Of a stretch of DNA of 64,000 nucleotides, positions 1 through 15,699 are shown in pieces; the first letter of the stretch is position 1; each line of letters opens with the position of its first letter. Where the stretch lies: NCBI RefSeq assembly GCF_009914755.1, contig NC_060931.1; one strand, 5' to 3'. Both the position numbers and the translations under genes were made by a program. The notes under the pieces are model-generated. The model saw only the letters and a program-made list of their open reading frames with translations. It had not been told where the DNA came from and ran no database searches. This DNA is from the human T2T-CHM13v2.0 reference genome, Homo sapiens.

Positions 1-298
1 TAAGCCTAGTTGGGCATGATATTTATTGAAGAAATATATGAATGGATAGATGGCTAGATACATGGAATGAATGGTATGAATAACGAATCTCATTTTAACT
101 AATTCTGTTTTAACATTGTTTTAAATCTGTTTTAACATTGTTTCCTCAGGAATGGAGTTTGGAATTCAGGTGGCTTTTTCTCAGATTACTTGAAGTTTGA
201 GCAGTCCATGATTTATAATAGGCATATAACAAGTTCCCCGGGTGTTTAACATCATTAAATGTTCTTCTCTATCTGATAGATCCTTTTGCTAATATTAA

Positions 299-323
299 AC
301 ACACACACACACACACACACACA
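299..323. repeat. (CA)n microsatellite
   Basis: About 12 uninterrupted AC units. Confidence 0.95.
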
Positions 324-445
324 AATTAGGAAAAATGTGAAAACAGAAGAATTGTTTTAGTGTCATTGTTATCAAACTCTCAAGTAGGACACATTTTTAA
401 AAATAAAATAGAATTTGGTAAAACTAAGTCTATAACAGTCACAAC

Positions 446-533
446 CATTGTGTAATTTTACCTTCATTCTACTACATTGTATAATTTTACCTTCATTCTA
501 CTACATTGTGTAATTTTACTTTCATTCTACTAC
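446..533. repeat. 29-bp tandem repeat, 3 copies
   Basis: Unit cattgtgtaattttaccttcattctacta repeated three times with single substitutions. Confidence 0.95.
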
Positions 534-3500
534 CTGAAGCAAATAATTTCAATTCCTAATCCAAGTAGTTAGAAGTTAATGATATCTTTTTGCTCCCTAT
601 AAAACCTGGCAGCTCTATCTAAGATGGCGTGTCACAGAAAAATTTCGCCATTTAATCCTTAAAACAAAGTATCCCTTTGCTTCCCCTTATTGTAGAGGAG
701 AGTGATGTTGACATAAAGATCAAACTATTTGCCCTCAAATGCCATTATGAGTGTATAACAGAGAGGGGAAAATGTGCAATTTAGATTAGATTATTGGGCT
801 TCTAGCAGCCTCTCCCTGTGCCAATTATGGGCGACTTTCCATTTACATATAAATAGCTCGGAAATTCCAACACCAATGTACTTGAAAACACTGAATCAAG
901 TAGTTCAGAAAAACATAAATTAGATGCATTTCAATTTAAGGTGTTTACAACAAGCACTCATTCAAGTAAATAAAAGAAATGGAATCAATTTTTATTACAG
1001 AAAGCAACATCTTTTTAAATTATTGAAATTATCCCCACACTGCTCTTAAACCCATCAAGATTTCTTTTGGCATGCTGTTAGTTTCTTTTGCAGGGGAAGA
1101 AAGGATTAAGTAGTTGTATACAGTTGTAGTGTAATGTGGGGGTAGATAATGCTGGTTTTTTATTTCCTCTTTTTTTCTGTGTAAGTCAGAGATGCCTCTT
1201 GAGCTACCTGGGGCCTTACAAAAGACGTAAATAAAACCAGATACACTTTTTCAACATAACTTGCTTTTATCTCTCTGGATAATCCAGTTTAAGTTTTCTG
1301 TCCTTGTCACATTCTCTCCCACTGAAAGACATCTTAGAATGAGTGTAACTTCATTAGCAGTCTCTAACTGCTAACTCACCACAGATTAACCACTCTGTTT
1401 ATTGATCTATTGCTTATAAAGAGCCACTTCAACGCCCACTGCAGTTTCTCAAATGGATTTGATACATGGTATAAACAAACAACTCAGTATGGTAGAGAAC
1501 AAACAATATTGTATATCACTGGTAAGGGCTGAGTTCTCATTTGCTGAATTCTCTTGAGGGTCTAGACAGATACAAGAGAAACGAAGGCTGATGTTGTGTT
1601 GCTTATGTATTGTAATAATATTAGTGATGTTATATATTTTACAAAATACATCACAATTATTTGTTCTTTGAATATCTAAAAATATTTAGTTCACTGAATT
1701 TCACAGATAAAATAGCACAATCTAAAATGACTAGAATGACTCAATAATGATGTGGTTGCGGGAAGGAGGCAGAGAGAAAAAGAAACACTAATTTTATGTG
1801 AATGAAACTGCAGACCATTTTCTGTCACTGGGACGGCTAAAGTCATTTAGTGGGAACTTCCTGGTTTCTTCTCGGAGGGGATTCTGGAGGTACACAGGGT
1901 AGAAATGCTCTTGGTCTACAGACACAGTGAAGAGCTTGCAAAAATGACTACTATGCAAGTTTCATTTTCGACTGATAAATGGTAGAGATTATTGAGTATC
2001 TACTATGTACAGGGAAGTCTAATACTGTTTCTCTATGTGTTACACAATATTCAGGCACATATCTTGATATATCTAAATGAAGAACAAAGAAATCTCAACT
2101 TTACATTTCATGGGGCAGAAGACTCAGAATAGGACGAAATCTAAATTCACAGACTAAAGCGGTATTATTGTTTATAATCACAAAAGCTTGACAACTTAGA
2201 AAGACAGACTAGGAGAAATGATTCCTGAAAAATGAAAGGCAAAAGCAAATGAAACATTTAATAAGGAAATTTAAATTCATGGGTTAAAAATAAGTCATAT
2301 ATTTTACCTTAAAACTCATTTTAAGATAAATTTTCTTGAAGTGTATAGTTTCAAGGTTCATATGGTTAAAAGTTTAAGAAGTTCAAAAACAAATGGAAGA
2401 AATAAATTTAAACGAAAGAATAATAGTATAACAATTGTTAATCAACCTTCCTACACAAATTAAACAATTTAAATGAGATTTTTTCAACGTTAGCCAAAGC
2501 TTGGTAAAGTAGACTTACATTGACAAGTCTAATAACCATTAACTTGGTAAGTCTGTCATATTTTATGAGATTAAGCACACTCATACTGAGCACAGGGTCA
2601 GTGATAAACAGCAAATACTGTATATTGTTTGGCATGAAACTTTTCCCTTGGACTCTCCCACATTCTCTCTCTTCCACTCTTCAGTCTACATATTATACAA
2701 ATTAGATCTTGCAATCAGCATAGGGAAATCTCATTACTGCTGAATATACTTAATAATCATCTTCTTTCTAAACAAAGATAACAGCAAACAGCTCTGAGGA
2801 AATGTTTATGCAAAGAAAAAGCTATGTAGTTTATTTCTAATGAAGATGGTATGACTGTCTGCATAACAGGTTATTAAATACACCATCAAAAGGAGATTCT
2901 CTAAAAAAATAAACTATGTTGAATTTCAAGATGGGCCTCATTATTTAAGAAGTCATTTCCCTAACAGTTTCTAGATGATGCTAACATACCAAACTTTTAG
3001 TTAGTATTCCATGGTTTTCCTTGCATTCTTTCTTTTCTCTTAATATCACACTATGTTGCTAAAGAAAAGGTTATGTATTTTAAAAGAATAAATGACATAC
3101 ATCTGCATATAAAATGATTGGATTTGACATAAGGAAGAAATCTTATGAGCAAGACTGTGAAAACTAAGCTGCAAAATAAGATTTTCTTCAAATGTCACTG
3201 GACTCTGAACCTCCCTTTTAAGAAAATCAGAAATACATCTAATGGATTAGAATATATAGTGCATCAATTAAAATTATACTTACATAAAATATCTATTAGC
3301 CTTCTAAAAGAATACTGCTTTAAAAATATTGCAGAAACTATCCAGACATGACTAATGGGAACAAATATGATTCTTCTAAGTAGTTATAAATCAGCTGTCA
3401 TGATAAAATAGTCACTTATTGCTTGAGTTCTCAATAGATTTAAAAGTCATGGACATTGATCCAATTTCCATAAACCACTGCATAACCTAGGTACAACACA

Positions 3501-5065
3501 GAGTTTAACAGCTTTCATGGGACATAGTTCAAGGATGGTCAAACAGAGAATTACATCAGGGAAGGATCTGGTTTCAGCTCACTGGGAGCAACAGAGATGA
3601 GAGCCGGCAATATCTTCACACTTTTCAAAGTGCTCTTGTGGGTGGTTGGGCCCTCTAGGGAAGTACTCTCTCCATATTGGAGGTGAAAAAATGGAAACAT
3701 AAAAAGGTCAAGTGACATATTTAGATCAAACTATTAGTAAGCCACTGAAGAGATACAGGTAGCTATTTCTTTGCATCAGGTGGCTCTGACCAGAGAGGAA
3801 TCAACTTTCAAAGATTTGTTTTAACCTAAGATCCAAAGGTTTTCACTGAAGTCATCCAGACTACCTAAATTACCCTATCAATGTCTACAGTCCATTAGTG
3901 ATGGTCAAATGTCTTCTGGCTTTTTTGTCATGAATCTAAAAATAGTAAGCCTACCAAGTTAGAAGAAAATGAAATGACTGTTATAGTTAGAAAACAAGGT
4001 ATTTGGGTATTTCAATGTATTGCTCATCATTTTCCATACCAGCTATAATTTCAGCCACTTCAATCCAGCAACACATTTCTGAAACTACTGAAGGAGTCAA
4101 CCTCATCTTACTGATTTTTAAGAAAATTATTGCTAGTCAAACGGAAGAACAGCTTTAAAAACACTGACAGCATAAGTGGCTTCTGGCAGGATTCCAGATC
4201 ATGCTTCTTGGGCAATGTGAAAAGGGAACAAAAAGGCAGTCACTTAAATGAGACAGTGAGAGAATCACAAATCACAGAATCCCAAAACCCAGTGGTCACA
4301 ACTGTTCCTTCTCCCAAGTTCCTGATTCTTTCCAGAAAGCCAGACTGTAGCTCATTCCAGCTCATTACCACAAAAGGAATATTGGATTCTGCCCCAGGAG
4401 AGACTCAATCTCAAGAGCCAAATCACAATGACAAAGATGTGCAGAGTTCAGGATTGAACCTATTGCATCTAATCACTAGCAGAAAATCAGACCACTGAGG
4501 CAATTGTTTTAAATATTAGTCACTTCCTACACTTCCTCCATCATCTAAAATTTTTTTAAAATGTGAAAAAAAAGCCTATAATATGTGCTAAAAACTGATG
4601 CTACTTAAAAAAAAACTGTTTTCCTTTCATTGAACAAACTCTTCTTTCCTTATTTCCCCATTTAATGTGAAAACATATGATCTCATAATGAATGCCAACA
4701 GATGATATACTTAGTTTTATTATTATGAAGTATTTTTTATTCCTTTCTCTTCCTTCACATGGGATCTGTACAGTTAAAAGATCTACACAACAAACATGAG
4801 GAAGTCAGAGAAGATGCCAATTTGACTGTGATTAAAGATTTAGCTATGTAGTCCCTAAAGAAATTGCACTGAGTTGCTATCCCCAAGACTCCAGAGGTTC
4901 CTTTGTAGTAGAGGTGAGCTATGAAGTTCTCAACTATGAAAGGTTAATACAAATGTATTCACTTTATTTATATTAGTAAAACAGGATTAACTACATAGTT
5001 ACCCACTGTATTTACTATACTTTAGAGCAAAAATGCATACAGTAGGAACAATAAATAAAAGCAAA

Positions 5066-5155
5066 AGTATATATATGTGTATATGTGTGTACATACATAT
5101 GTGTGTATATGTGTCTGTGTATATATGTATGTGTGTATATACATATGTGTGTGTA

Positions 5156-5195
<40 letters not shown>

Positions 5196-5208
5196 AAATA
5201 TATATACA
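5066..5208. repeat. Compound (TA)/(TG) microsatellite
   Basis: Alternating TA/TG/CA tract; explains the HT/YI/VC-rich spurious ORFs. Confidence 0.95.
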
Positions 5209-5209
5209 C

Positions 5210-6527
<1,318 letters not shown>

Positions 6528-6825
6528 GGACCATTAGTACTGGCAAAAGAATGGAAAAGCAGATCAATAGAATAGAATGGAGAGCCTAGAATTATGTGTA
6601 GACCTACATAAATATGATAAACTGATCCTTGACAAATGACTTCATTAAAACTAAAAACTTCTGCTCTATGAAAAGCACTGTTAAGAAAATGAAAAACCAA
6701 GCCACAGCCTGGGAGAAAATATTTTCAAAGCACACATCTGATAAATGACTTATATCCAAAATATAAAAAGAGCTGTTAAAATTTAACAATAAGGAAACAA
6801 TCCAGTTAAAAAATGGGCAAAACAG

Positions 6826-7450
<625 letters not shown>

Positions 7451-10164
7451 GAATGGGCAAAAGATATGGATGCCCTATCTAAAATGAATACATATGACAA
7501 GTATATGAAATGTTCAATATCATATGTCATTTGATAATTGCTAATTAAAACAATTAGATACTATTACACATTCAACCGTGACTAAAACCCAAAACACTGA
7601 CTACAGCAAATGCTGACAAAGATGTGGAACAATAGGAACTCTCACTCATTGCTGGTGGGAATGCAAAGTGGCACAGCCACTTTGAAAGAGGGTTTGGCAG
7701 TTTCTAACAAAACTAAATAGACTCTCATCATATGATCCATCAATTGTGCTCCTTGTTATTTATTCAAATAAGTTAAAAATTTATGTCCATACAACAGCCC
7801 TCACAGGACTGTTTATAGCAGCTTTATTCATAATTGCCAAAACTTGTAAACAACTAAGATATCCTTCAATAGTAAACAAACTGTGATACATCCATACAAC
7901 AGAATATTACTCAGCAATAAAAAGAAGTAAGCTATTAAGTCATGAAAAATCATCGAAGAACCATTAATGTATATTGCTTAGTGAAATATGGCAATCTGAG
8001 GAAGCTACATACTATGTAATTCCAACTATATGACATTCTGATATTTATGCATGAGACATGAAAACATATCAATACAAAAACTTGTAGTTAATATTCATAG
8101 CAGTGTTATTTACAATAGCCCCAAACTATAAATAACCCAAAGGCCCATCAACAGATTAACAGATAAATAAATAGTGGTAATATCCATATTATGGAACATT
8201 GCTCAGCTATAAAATAAAATAGATCACTGAGAATAAACTATAGTGACATAAAGCACATCAGTAGTTGCCAGGTGGTAGGTGTGATGGGAGAAGAATAACT
8301 GCAAAAAGGAAGAGAAGGAGTATGGGAAGTGACGTGAATGCTTTTTATGTTGAATTTTTTATAATATATTGAAATGTACACATAAAATTAATGAATTTCA
8401 CTGTAGGTAAATTATATTTCAATAATGATGATTAAAAATAAAGTAGTTACAAAATGAGGAGGGGGAATGCAGCAATCACGTATTCAATTCTTCCTTGACA
8501 CAAGGTTGTATAAAGGAGTTGAAGTACAAAGATGAATTAAGATAAAATTCTTACCCTGCAGTGAATTTACAGTCTAGTAAAAAAAGACAGACATGTACAC
8601 AATCAGTGTAATATAACTATGGTAAGTATAATAATGGAGTTATAAACAGAATTTTATAGGCATAGGGGAAAGGCATTAATTATACAAGATTCAGAGAAAC
8701 CTTGCAAAGAATTACGAATGAGTTGCGTCTTAAGAGGTGATTAGAATTTCAGCAAGTGATGTTTCCTAACCAATCATAAGGTATATTTCATAGTTATTTT
8801 CCTCTATATTTATCTATTCATCCATTGATCTATCCTTCCCTCCACCTATCTATCCACCCATCTAGGCCTAGGGAAAGGAAGGGCTGTAGAGAAAATTCTA
8901 TATTGCGGTATATAGCAATATCTAGGGATTAAGTTTGTACCATAAGAATTTGTTATTTTGTATTTTATGTCGAATAATTTCTGCACAGCAGTTAGAATAA
9001 ATTTATGCTGTATAGAACTGCATATTTACTTTACCTTAGCAGCAAAAACTTAAATGTGATCCTCTCAGAAACTTATCTACTTCAAAGGGTAGCCTAGAGC
9101 TAAAACAGGCTAATGACCATAACAGCACCAGACACTCGTTCCAGCACCTACAACAATACTTAATACTTAGTAAGAGCTGAGTAAACATTGTTGAATAAAA
9201 CCAAAACAGACAGATTGTTAATTCAACTTTATTAAACTTCACAGAGGAAAACTCCACATATAACCAAACTGTACTTCCATTACAGACCCTGTATGGTTAC
9301 AGTTTTTTAAATCATTTTCTCAATCGAGTCAATAATAGGATGTTAAAAGAAAACAGAATATTAAAGAATCCAATACTGCTTTGAGACAGGATCAAATAAA
9401 GCCCTGCTTCAAAACTGTAACTGCTTCTCCAAGCTTACAAAAGTGGGTAGTTTTATTTAGACTTACTATTACTACTTCATTCTGCATTTTCTACAAAACT
9501 TTGACCAATAACACTGGTAAATGGCCAACGTGTAAAGACAATGACAGAAATAAAAAGGTATCATCTATTAACCCTGTTTACACCTTTCCACAAAAACTGA
9601 TGTTTGGGTAACTGAAGTAGAAAAGCAAAATAACATTTTCTAAAGCAAGCAAGAAATAGAAGATAACTCTAAACACAAATATGGACAACATAACCTAGTA
9701 GTTAAGTACAGATGCTTTCAGAGATGAGGTTACTTGGTTGGAATGAGACCTTAAACCAAAGAATACTGCAATAAATAGTGATTGCTTCTACATATGTGAT
9801 CAACTACAAGTGAAAAGGGTCAAACACACAGGTGATTGTGCAGCCATAATTTTTGCAACATTGTATACATGCTGACATATACCAACGCTAGCAATAATAT
9901 CTTTGAGAATTATGGACACAAGCTATGGCTAGATACTTTCAAATTATTGACAATTTCCTCCTGTCAATAAGAAGAAAGTTCCAGAAATGTTGCACATCAC
10001 GTTAGATAACAATAAGAAATTACTAGATTATTTATTTTTAAAAAATTATCATTGGAGGAGTCCTTCTTAACTATCTATATTCTTCAACAAAGTAACTCCT
10101 TTCCTAAATGGAATCATCTGATATGGACTGGCCTGGTCATTCCATCTATACACTGTATAACATT

Positions 10165-10340
10165 CCACATTTGAACTTGGGCAAGTTACCTCCCTGTGCC
10201 TCAGTTTCCTCATCTGTAAAATGGGAATGACAACAGTACTTACCTCACAAAGTTATTGTGAGGATTAGATGAGCTAATGAATGCAATGTGCTTAAAACAG
10301 AGCCTAGCACATAGGAAGTTCTATAACTTTTAGTCATTAT
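10165..10340 (+). mobile_element. MIR
   Basis: Core ttgggcaagttacc...gcctcagtttcctcatctgtaaaatggg. Confidence 0.9.
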
Positions 10341-10569
10341 TATTACTATTTTTTATTATTATTGCTCATATTATTCCTTCTTTGCTACCAAACTACATCA
10401 ATAAATATGGCATTTTAGAACTAGTAAAAACTTAGAACTAACATAAGAAACACAAATCTCTAGATCTAGTTCACTGCTTCTTATAATACCGTTTCCTTTA
10501 AGTGCAAGATTTACCTTTCCTCCGAAACCTTCCTCTATAAACTGGGCCCCTTAATGACAAGAGACGCAC

Positions 10570-10722
10570 TGTGAATAAAATTCTGGTCCCAGCTCTATCT
10601 AGGCCTCCCAGAAAGCCCCAGGTAAGTCATCTCCCCTTTGGGGCCTCAGCTTTCTCATTCTTAAAATAAAAGTGTTCGCATTTGAGGATTATTAAGGTCC
10701 CTTTGAGTCCTAATATTCTGAT
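10570..10722 (+). mobile_element. MIR/MIR3 fragment
   Basis: gggcctcagctttctcattcttaaaat ... aaggtccctttgagtcctaatattctg. Confidence 0.65.
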
Positions 10723-12411
10723 TCAATAAATCCTTCAGGTTCTTTAATGTATTAATATGACATTATAAATTTGGCTTTTTGACACTTTAGAATTTATCTC
10801 TAGACACTTAACTAGATTATAAGCATCAGGATCCTCTAGGGCAGGATCTTTGTTCTCTTTCATTCAGAAGTTAGATAGTTTAGCCAAAAAAAAGTCTCAA
10901 AACTAAAGTATTAATAAAGCCATCAGTGCTTCTAGAAGCAAACTGGAATTTTATTGATGTTACACATCTCTTTTTAAAATACTATTACTTGATTAAAAAG
11001 CTGTTGAATTCTATCATATATTCTTGTAAAAGTGTATTTTTACAAACCAGATAACTTTATAGTTTCTGAGTTTTGGATAGGTAAATAAGTGGCTTAACAT
11101 GTTCAAAACTGGGGTCACTTATTTTTCTAATGAATCCATTAAGATTATACATTTATTCATGATATCATAAGAAATCACCATGTGGGTTTTGCAATTAAAA
11201 AGAAATATTTTTGTTTATTAATGTTTTCAAGTGATATAATGTTTTGCAACAGAAAAAATAAGCATATGAATGAAATGTCAAGGACCAATAATGAGCAGTC
11301 AGAACTGCTGAGCAGATCCCTCCCTCTTAGCTAGTAACACTGCTGTATAGGATCACTCAGGCTGAAAATGAAATTTTTTACGAGGAAAAATTTAACATTT
11401 TGTCATCATTACACTGTTGTGCTATAACTGATTTTCTTCAACAAGGTGGCAGGTGCTTCAATACTTAAAATGCTAAGATTCTTAAACCAAACTAACATAT
11501 ACATAGTATGGAACATTAATCTTAAGATTTATATTTTCAAATTTGTAGAGGTCTAAAGGTTTTCAAGGCAGCTGTAAACATATACAATTTCTCAAGTGGA
11601 GGTTTCCAAAGACTGGGAATGCAACTGATAAGATATAAAATCAGAGGAGAAACAGTGGAAAAGTAAACATAATATAAGAGAATCACAACATGTAATGCAG
11701 TCATTAATTTCATGAGTCTCCTTGGATAGGTTTAAAGCACACTTCAGATGCATTAGTAGGATATCATTTTATATTTCAGAAGGAGTACTCTCAAGCCAAG
11801 CTTCTTTGTAGTAAATGAATCATCCAGCTATATTTTGTGAAAAGGGGTCATTTTAATTTCAGGGTCTTTTATTGCCCAGCAAGGTAACTGTGAAATGACA
11901 TTCACAATATAAATAAATTCAGTTGTCTTTGCTTCAAAGAAGGTAGTTATTATTCAAGCATTTACTTTCTAGCTTATCTTACATACTGAGATTTGCATAA
12001 TAGATATTGGCCTTGTTAACACTGAACATAAAGCAAACTTTACTAGAACAATTTACAGTAATTAATTATGTACAATTGCTTCTAATAAAAGGCATAATGA
12101 AAAGGGAGAAACTATGTGCAGAAAATAGCAAAAGTAAGATGAAGAGATGGTAAAGTTCACATATCTGTTTGTAGATGACAGTTTTAAATGTACTGTATTT
12201 TGTTAAGAGGTAAAAAAGTTGCGGGGATATCTTAAAGTTCTCATCCTATCTGTGTCTAAATAATCTATCCATCACAGAAAAACTCTGTCCCATAGGCCAG
12301 TGTGTGATTGATAGATACTATTATAGTGAAATATTGACCGCACCATAACTAGCAAATGTTACAATGAAGAACCTTAATTTGAAGTTAAAATATTTTCTCA
12401 TAATCAATAGT

Positions 12412-12503
12412 AGGTACAGCAGCATATCCTAACTTAAGAGGAGAGCCTGTGGCCACCTAAAAGTACTGACAGAATTTAAAAGGCAAAGAAAGAGAGTAAG
12501 AAT
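12412..12503 (+). repeat. 92-bp local duplication, copy 1 (probable donor)
   Basis: Matches 14885-14976 at 88 of 92 positions. Confidence 0.95.
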
Positions 12504-14168
12504 ACACTGATTTTTATTTTTATAAAATCTAAATGCAATTATTCACAATTTGGGGGTGGTAAAAATGAAAGGAAAAGCAATACGTTGGTGGCTAGTTAAT
12601 TGGAAGCACAGTGGAAAAGGAGTAAGCCCACAGCACTGCCTACTTAGTTACTGTTGAGGATCCTGTCCTCATCAATGATTAGTAATACATGAAAGAGGAG
12701 AGGAAGTAGTAAAAGTTGTCCTCTTTTCAAACCTGCTAAAGCCAACTAGGTTCAAAGACCCTGAACTAGGTTAGCAAACTCACTAAAATCAACTATGATC
12801 CTGAACGGTATGCACTGAGCGGTCACAATAACCTAGGCACCAGCATCTAACTAAAATGTAAAGAGGTGAAGAGGAGTTCTGGTTTGTTCAGTAAAACAGA
12901 CCCTTGGGCATAAAACTATACAACTTCTAGCACTCAGTGGAAATATAATGAATAGAAAAGGGAGTACATTGTTTCATATGTTAAATAATCTATGGAGAAG
13001 AGTACCATTTTCAATATTTTTCAAGCCAATTTTTTATCTGACATGAGTTGAAATGAAGCATAGTTAAAAATTAAAGGGGATAATCTTTATAAATCAAGTT
13101 ATTAGTAGAAAACAGATTTTAAAATCCAGGGAATTGAATATTGGAAATTCTCTCAAAGTACAAGTAATCAAACTTGGGGACGATAACTCATTAATCAAAA
13201 TCAAGGTTTCTACTTGTGGCCTAATATAAATAAGGTGATAGAAATATATTTCTAAGCCTTGGAATTCAGGGAATTTTTTTTCTCTTACATCTCAGACTTC
13301 AAACTTTGGGGAACAGGGGTCATTTCTTTTTGTACATAACTTCTATTTCAAACTTTGATAAGCACAATGTATAGAATAGAATGGTCTGCTTTGGAGGCAT
13401 AAAGATAGCCTGATCTCATATCTTTCATCATTTTTCACATATGAGTTCACTGCATCTGTTCCGACCATCAATTCAAAACATGTATTTTGATTTTAATTTT
13501 GGAAAACATAAAATCTCAAATTTAAAAGCTTAAGTTTCAGAATGTATTTATTAAAACTCAGTTATTCAAATGACAACTGGTGTAAAAAACATAGTGTGGT
13601 CTATTTAGGGAGTCAAAAACATGTTCAAAACATCTAGTTTATTTTTAATAAAAACAGAATATATGTTTCTAAACATAAGCAAATCTCTATTAACCGTTAA
13701 ACTAACATAAATATTACACTTATGACACTTTAAGGAAGATATGCTCAGATGCCATGTTTGGTAAAGCTTATGAGTAGGTAGATACCACCTGGAAAATAAA
13801 AAACTAAATTTGGCATCAAGTATAGATAGCGCAATTCAAAAAAATTCTCATTAATTCAGGTCAGTGAGCTCTCCCCCCTTTGTATTCCCTGCTTGCATGT
13901 CAGTCCATGTAATAAAGTATTAACATGGTAGTGGTTTTTTTAAAAACCATCACAACAAAAACCGTCCAGTTTTACTGCATTAATCAAAAGTTCACAAAAA
14001 TATGAAACTCAAGAAGTAATTCCAGCATCTCTATTCCTCCCTTAATCGTGTGCAAATTTTACCTAAGAAATATCTTCTCATCTTCCTATGCCTTTAATTG
14101 GCTACCACTGCATTGCAGCAGCACATTAGCCCAACTCCATACATGCAGACCCAACTATAAAAGGGTCT

Positions 14169-14463
14169 GGACTGGGCAGGGTGGTTCACACCTGTAATCC
14201 CAGCACTTTGGGAGGCCGAGGCGGGTGGATCACCTGAGGTCAGGAGTTCAAGGCCAGCCCGGCCAACACAGTGAAACCCGTCTCTACTAAAAATACAAAA
14301 ATTAGCTGGGCGTGGTGGCACATGCCTGTAATCCCAGCTACTCAGGACGCTGAAGCAGGAGAATCACTTGAAGCCGGGAGGCAGACAGAGGATGCAGTGA
14401 GCGGAGATTGCGCCACTGCACTGCAGCCTGGGTGACAAGAGCAAAACTCTGTCTCAAAAAAAA
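14169..14463 (+). mobile_element. Alu (S type) with TSD aaaagggtct
   Basis: Full dimer; TSD at 14159-14168 and 14460-14469. Confidence 0.97.
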
Positions 14464-14832
14464 GGGTCTGGTCACTACACTACATAATTATTTCCGTGAT
14501 TAAAAAATTAAACCAAAGTTTCCAAAAATTATTTATTTGAAAAGAATTTTAGGTTGCTATTAAATAACTAAATTCTTTAAATAGATATGGAGTTGCCAAA
14601 ATGACCAATAATATTTTACAGGTGGACAAATGTTAGGTCACCTAGACTGATAGCAGTAGTGATATTGAAAACTTTATTCAAACAACTTGAATTTTTATTC
14701 TTACTGAAGCAAATACCCAGTTTAGGGGATGTTCTACCCTGAGTTTAATAAAATGTATTCTGCCAAACAATTACAGCAAAGGGAGTGTTTAATCAAATTT
14801 ATCTAACATTTGATTGTATATCCTGAAAATCT

Positions 14833-15104
14833 TTTAATCTAAAAGATATTTATATCTAATATTTAAATATTAGATATAAATATCAGGTACAGCAGCATAT
14901 CCTAACTTAAGAGGAAAGCCTGTGGCCACCTGAAAGTACTGACAGAATTAGAAAGGCAAAGAAAGAGAGTAAGAATTTGATTTAAATATATAAATCTAAT
15001 ATTTAATATTATATAATTATATAAAATCTTATAAACCTTATAAAACCTTATAAAACTATATAAAATCTAATATTAAATCTAATATTTAATCTAAAAGATA
15101 TTTA
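14833..15104. other. Complex insertion: 20-bp direct repeats around a 40-bp palindrome, a 92-bp templated copy and AT-rich filler
   Basis: tttaatctaaaagatattta at 14833-14852 and 15085-15104; perfect palindrome 14845-14884; 14885-14976 is a copy of 12412-12503. Confidence 0.9.
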
Positions 15105-15699
15105 AAACTGATGCATAACAAAAGATGTATAAGATTTTAACTTGGGCAATAAAGCATGGTATGATAAATCAAGTTTTAGTTACATCACTTATAAATTTAT
15201 AAACATTTATGTTTATAAATTAATACTGATGCTATTACTTGGCTCAAATATTGTACTGAGGAAAAATATTCAACTTTAGCTTGCATTCACTTACAAACAT
15301 ACAATATCAACATACAATTCTAGCTGTTCTGAGTTATCATTCCCAGCTAGTATTTTGGTATGATAATCTTCTAGAAGATAATCCTGCTTAGGGATTAGTG
15401 GCTAATTCTTATGACCATGTACCACCTAAGGAAATTTAAATTATTGTTTTCCTGGGGCTCACAAATTTTTGAAATTTTTTCATTAAAAAATATGTAAGTG
15501 CCTACAAGGTAAAATAATATGAAACTAAACTTAGCTGAGGTGTGGTCTAAAGAATAAGTTTACAGAAAAAAAGGCCTTGAAATCAACTAAATTTGTTTCA
15601 CAAAATGAGTAAAAATATGTGTAAATAAAAAGTCTAAGCATGTACTTCTGTCTTCTTAAAATGTGTCTTTGTGGCAGCTCATTCTATCTTCTTTATTAT

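Noticed and set aside
50-61. 12-mer atggctagatac repeated near 9925
   Set aside because: Expected by chance in 64 kb of AT-rich DNA.
446-533. CRISPR-like 29-bp repeats
   Set aside because: No spacers, eukaryotic context; a simple tandem repeat.
4130-4498. 122-aa + ORF in non-repeat DNA
   Set aside because: Non-ATG start, no recognisable domain and no convincing splice context.
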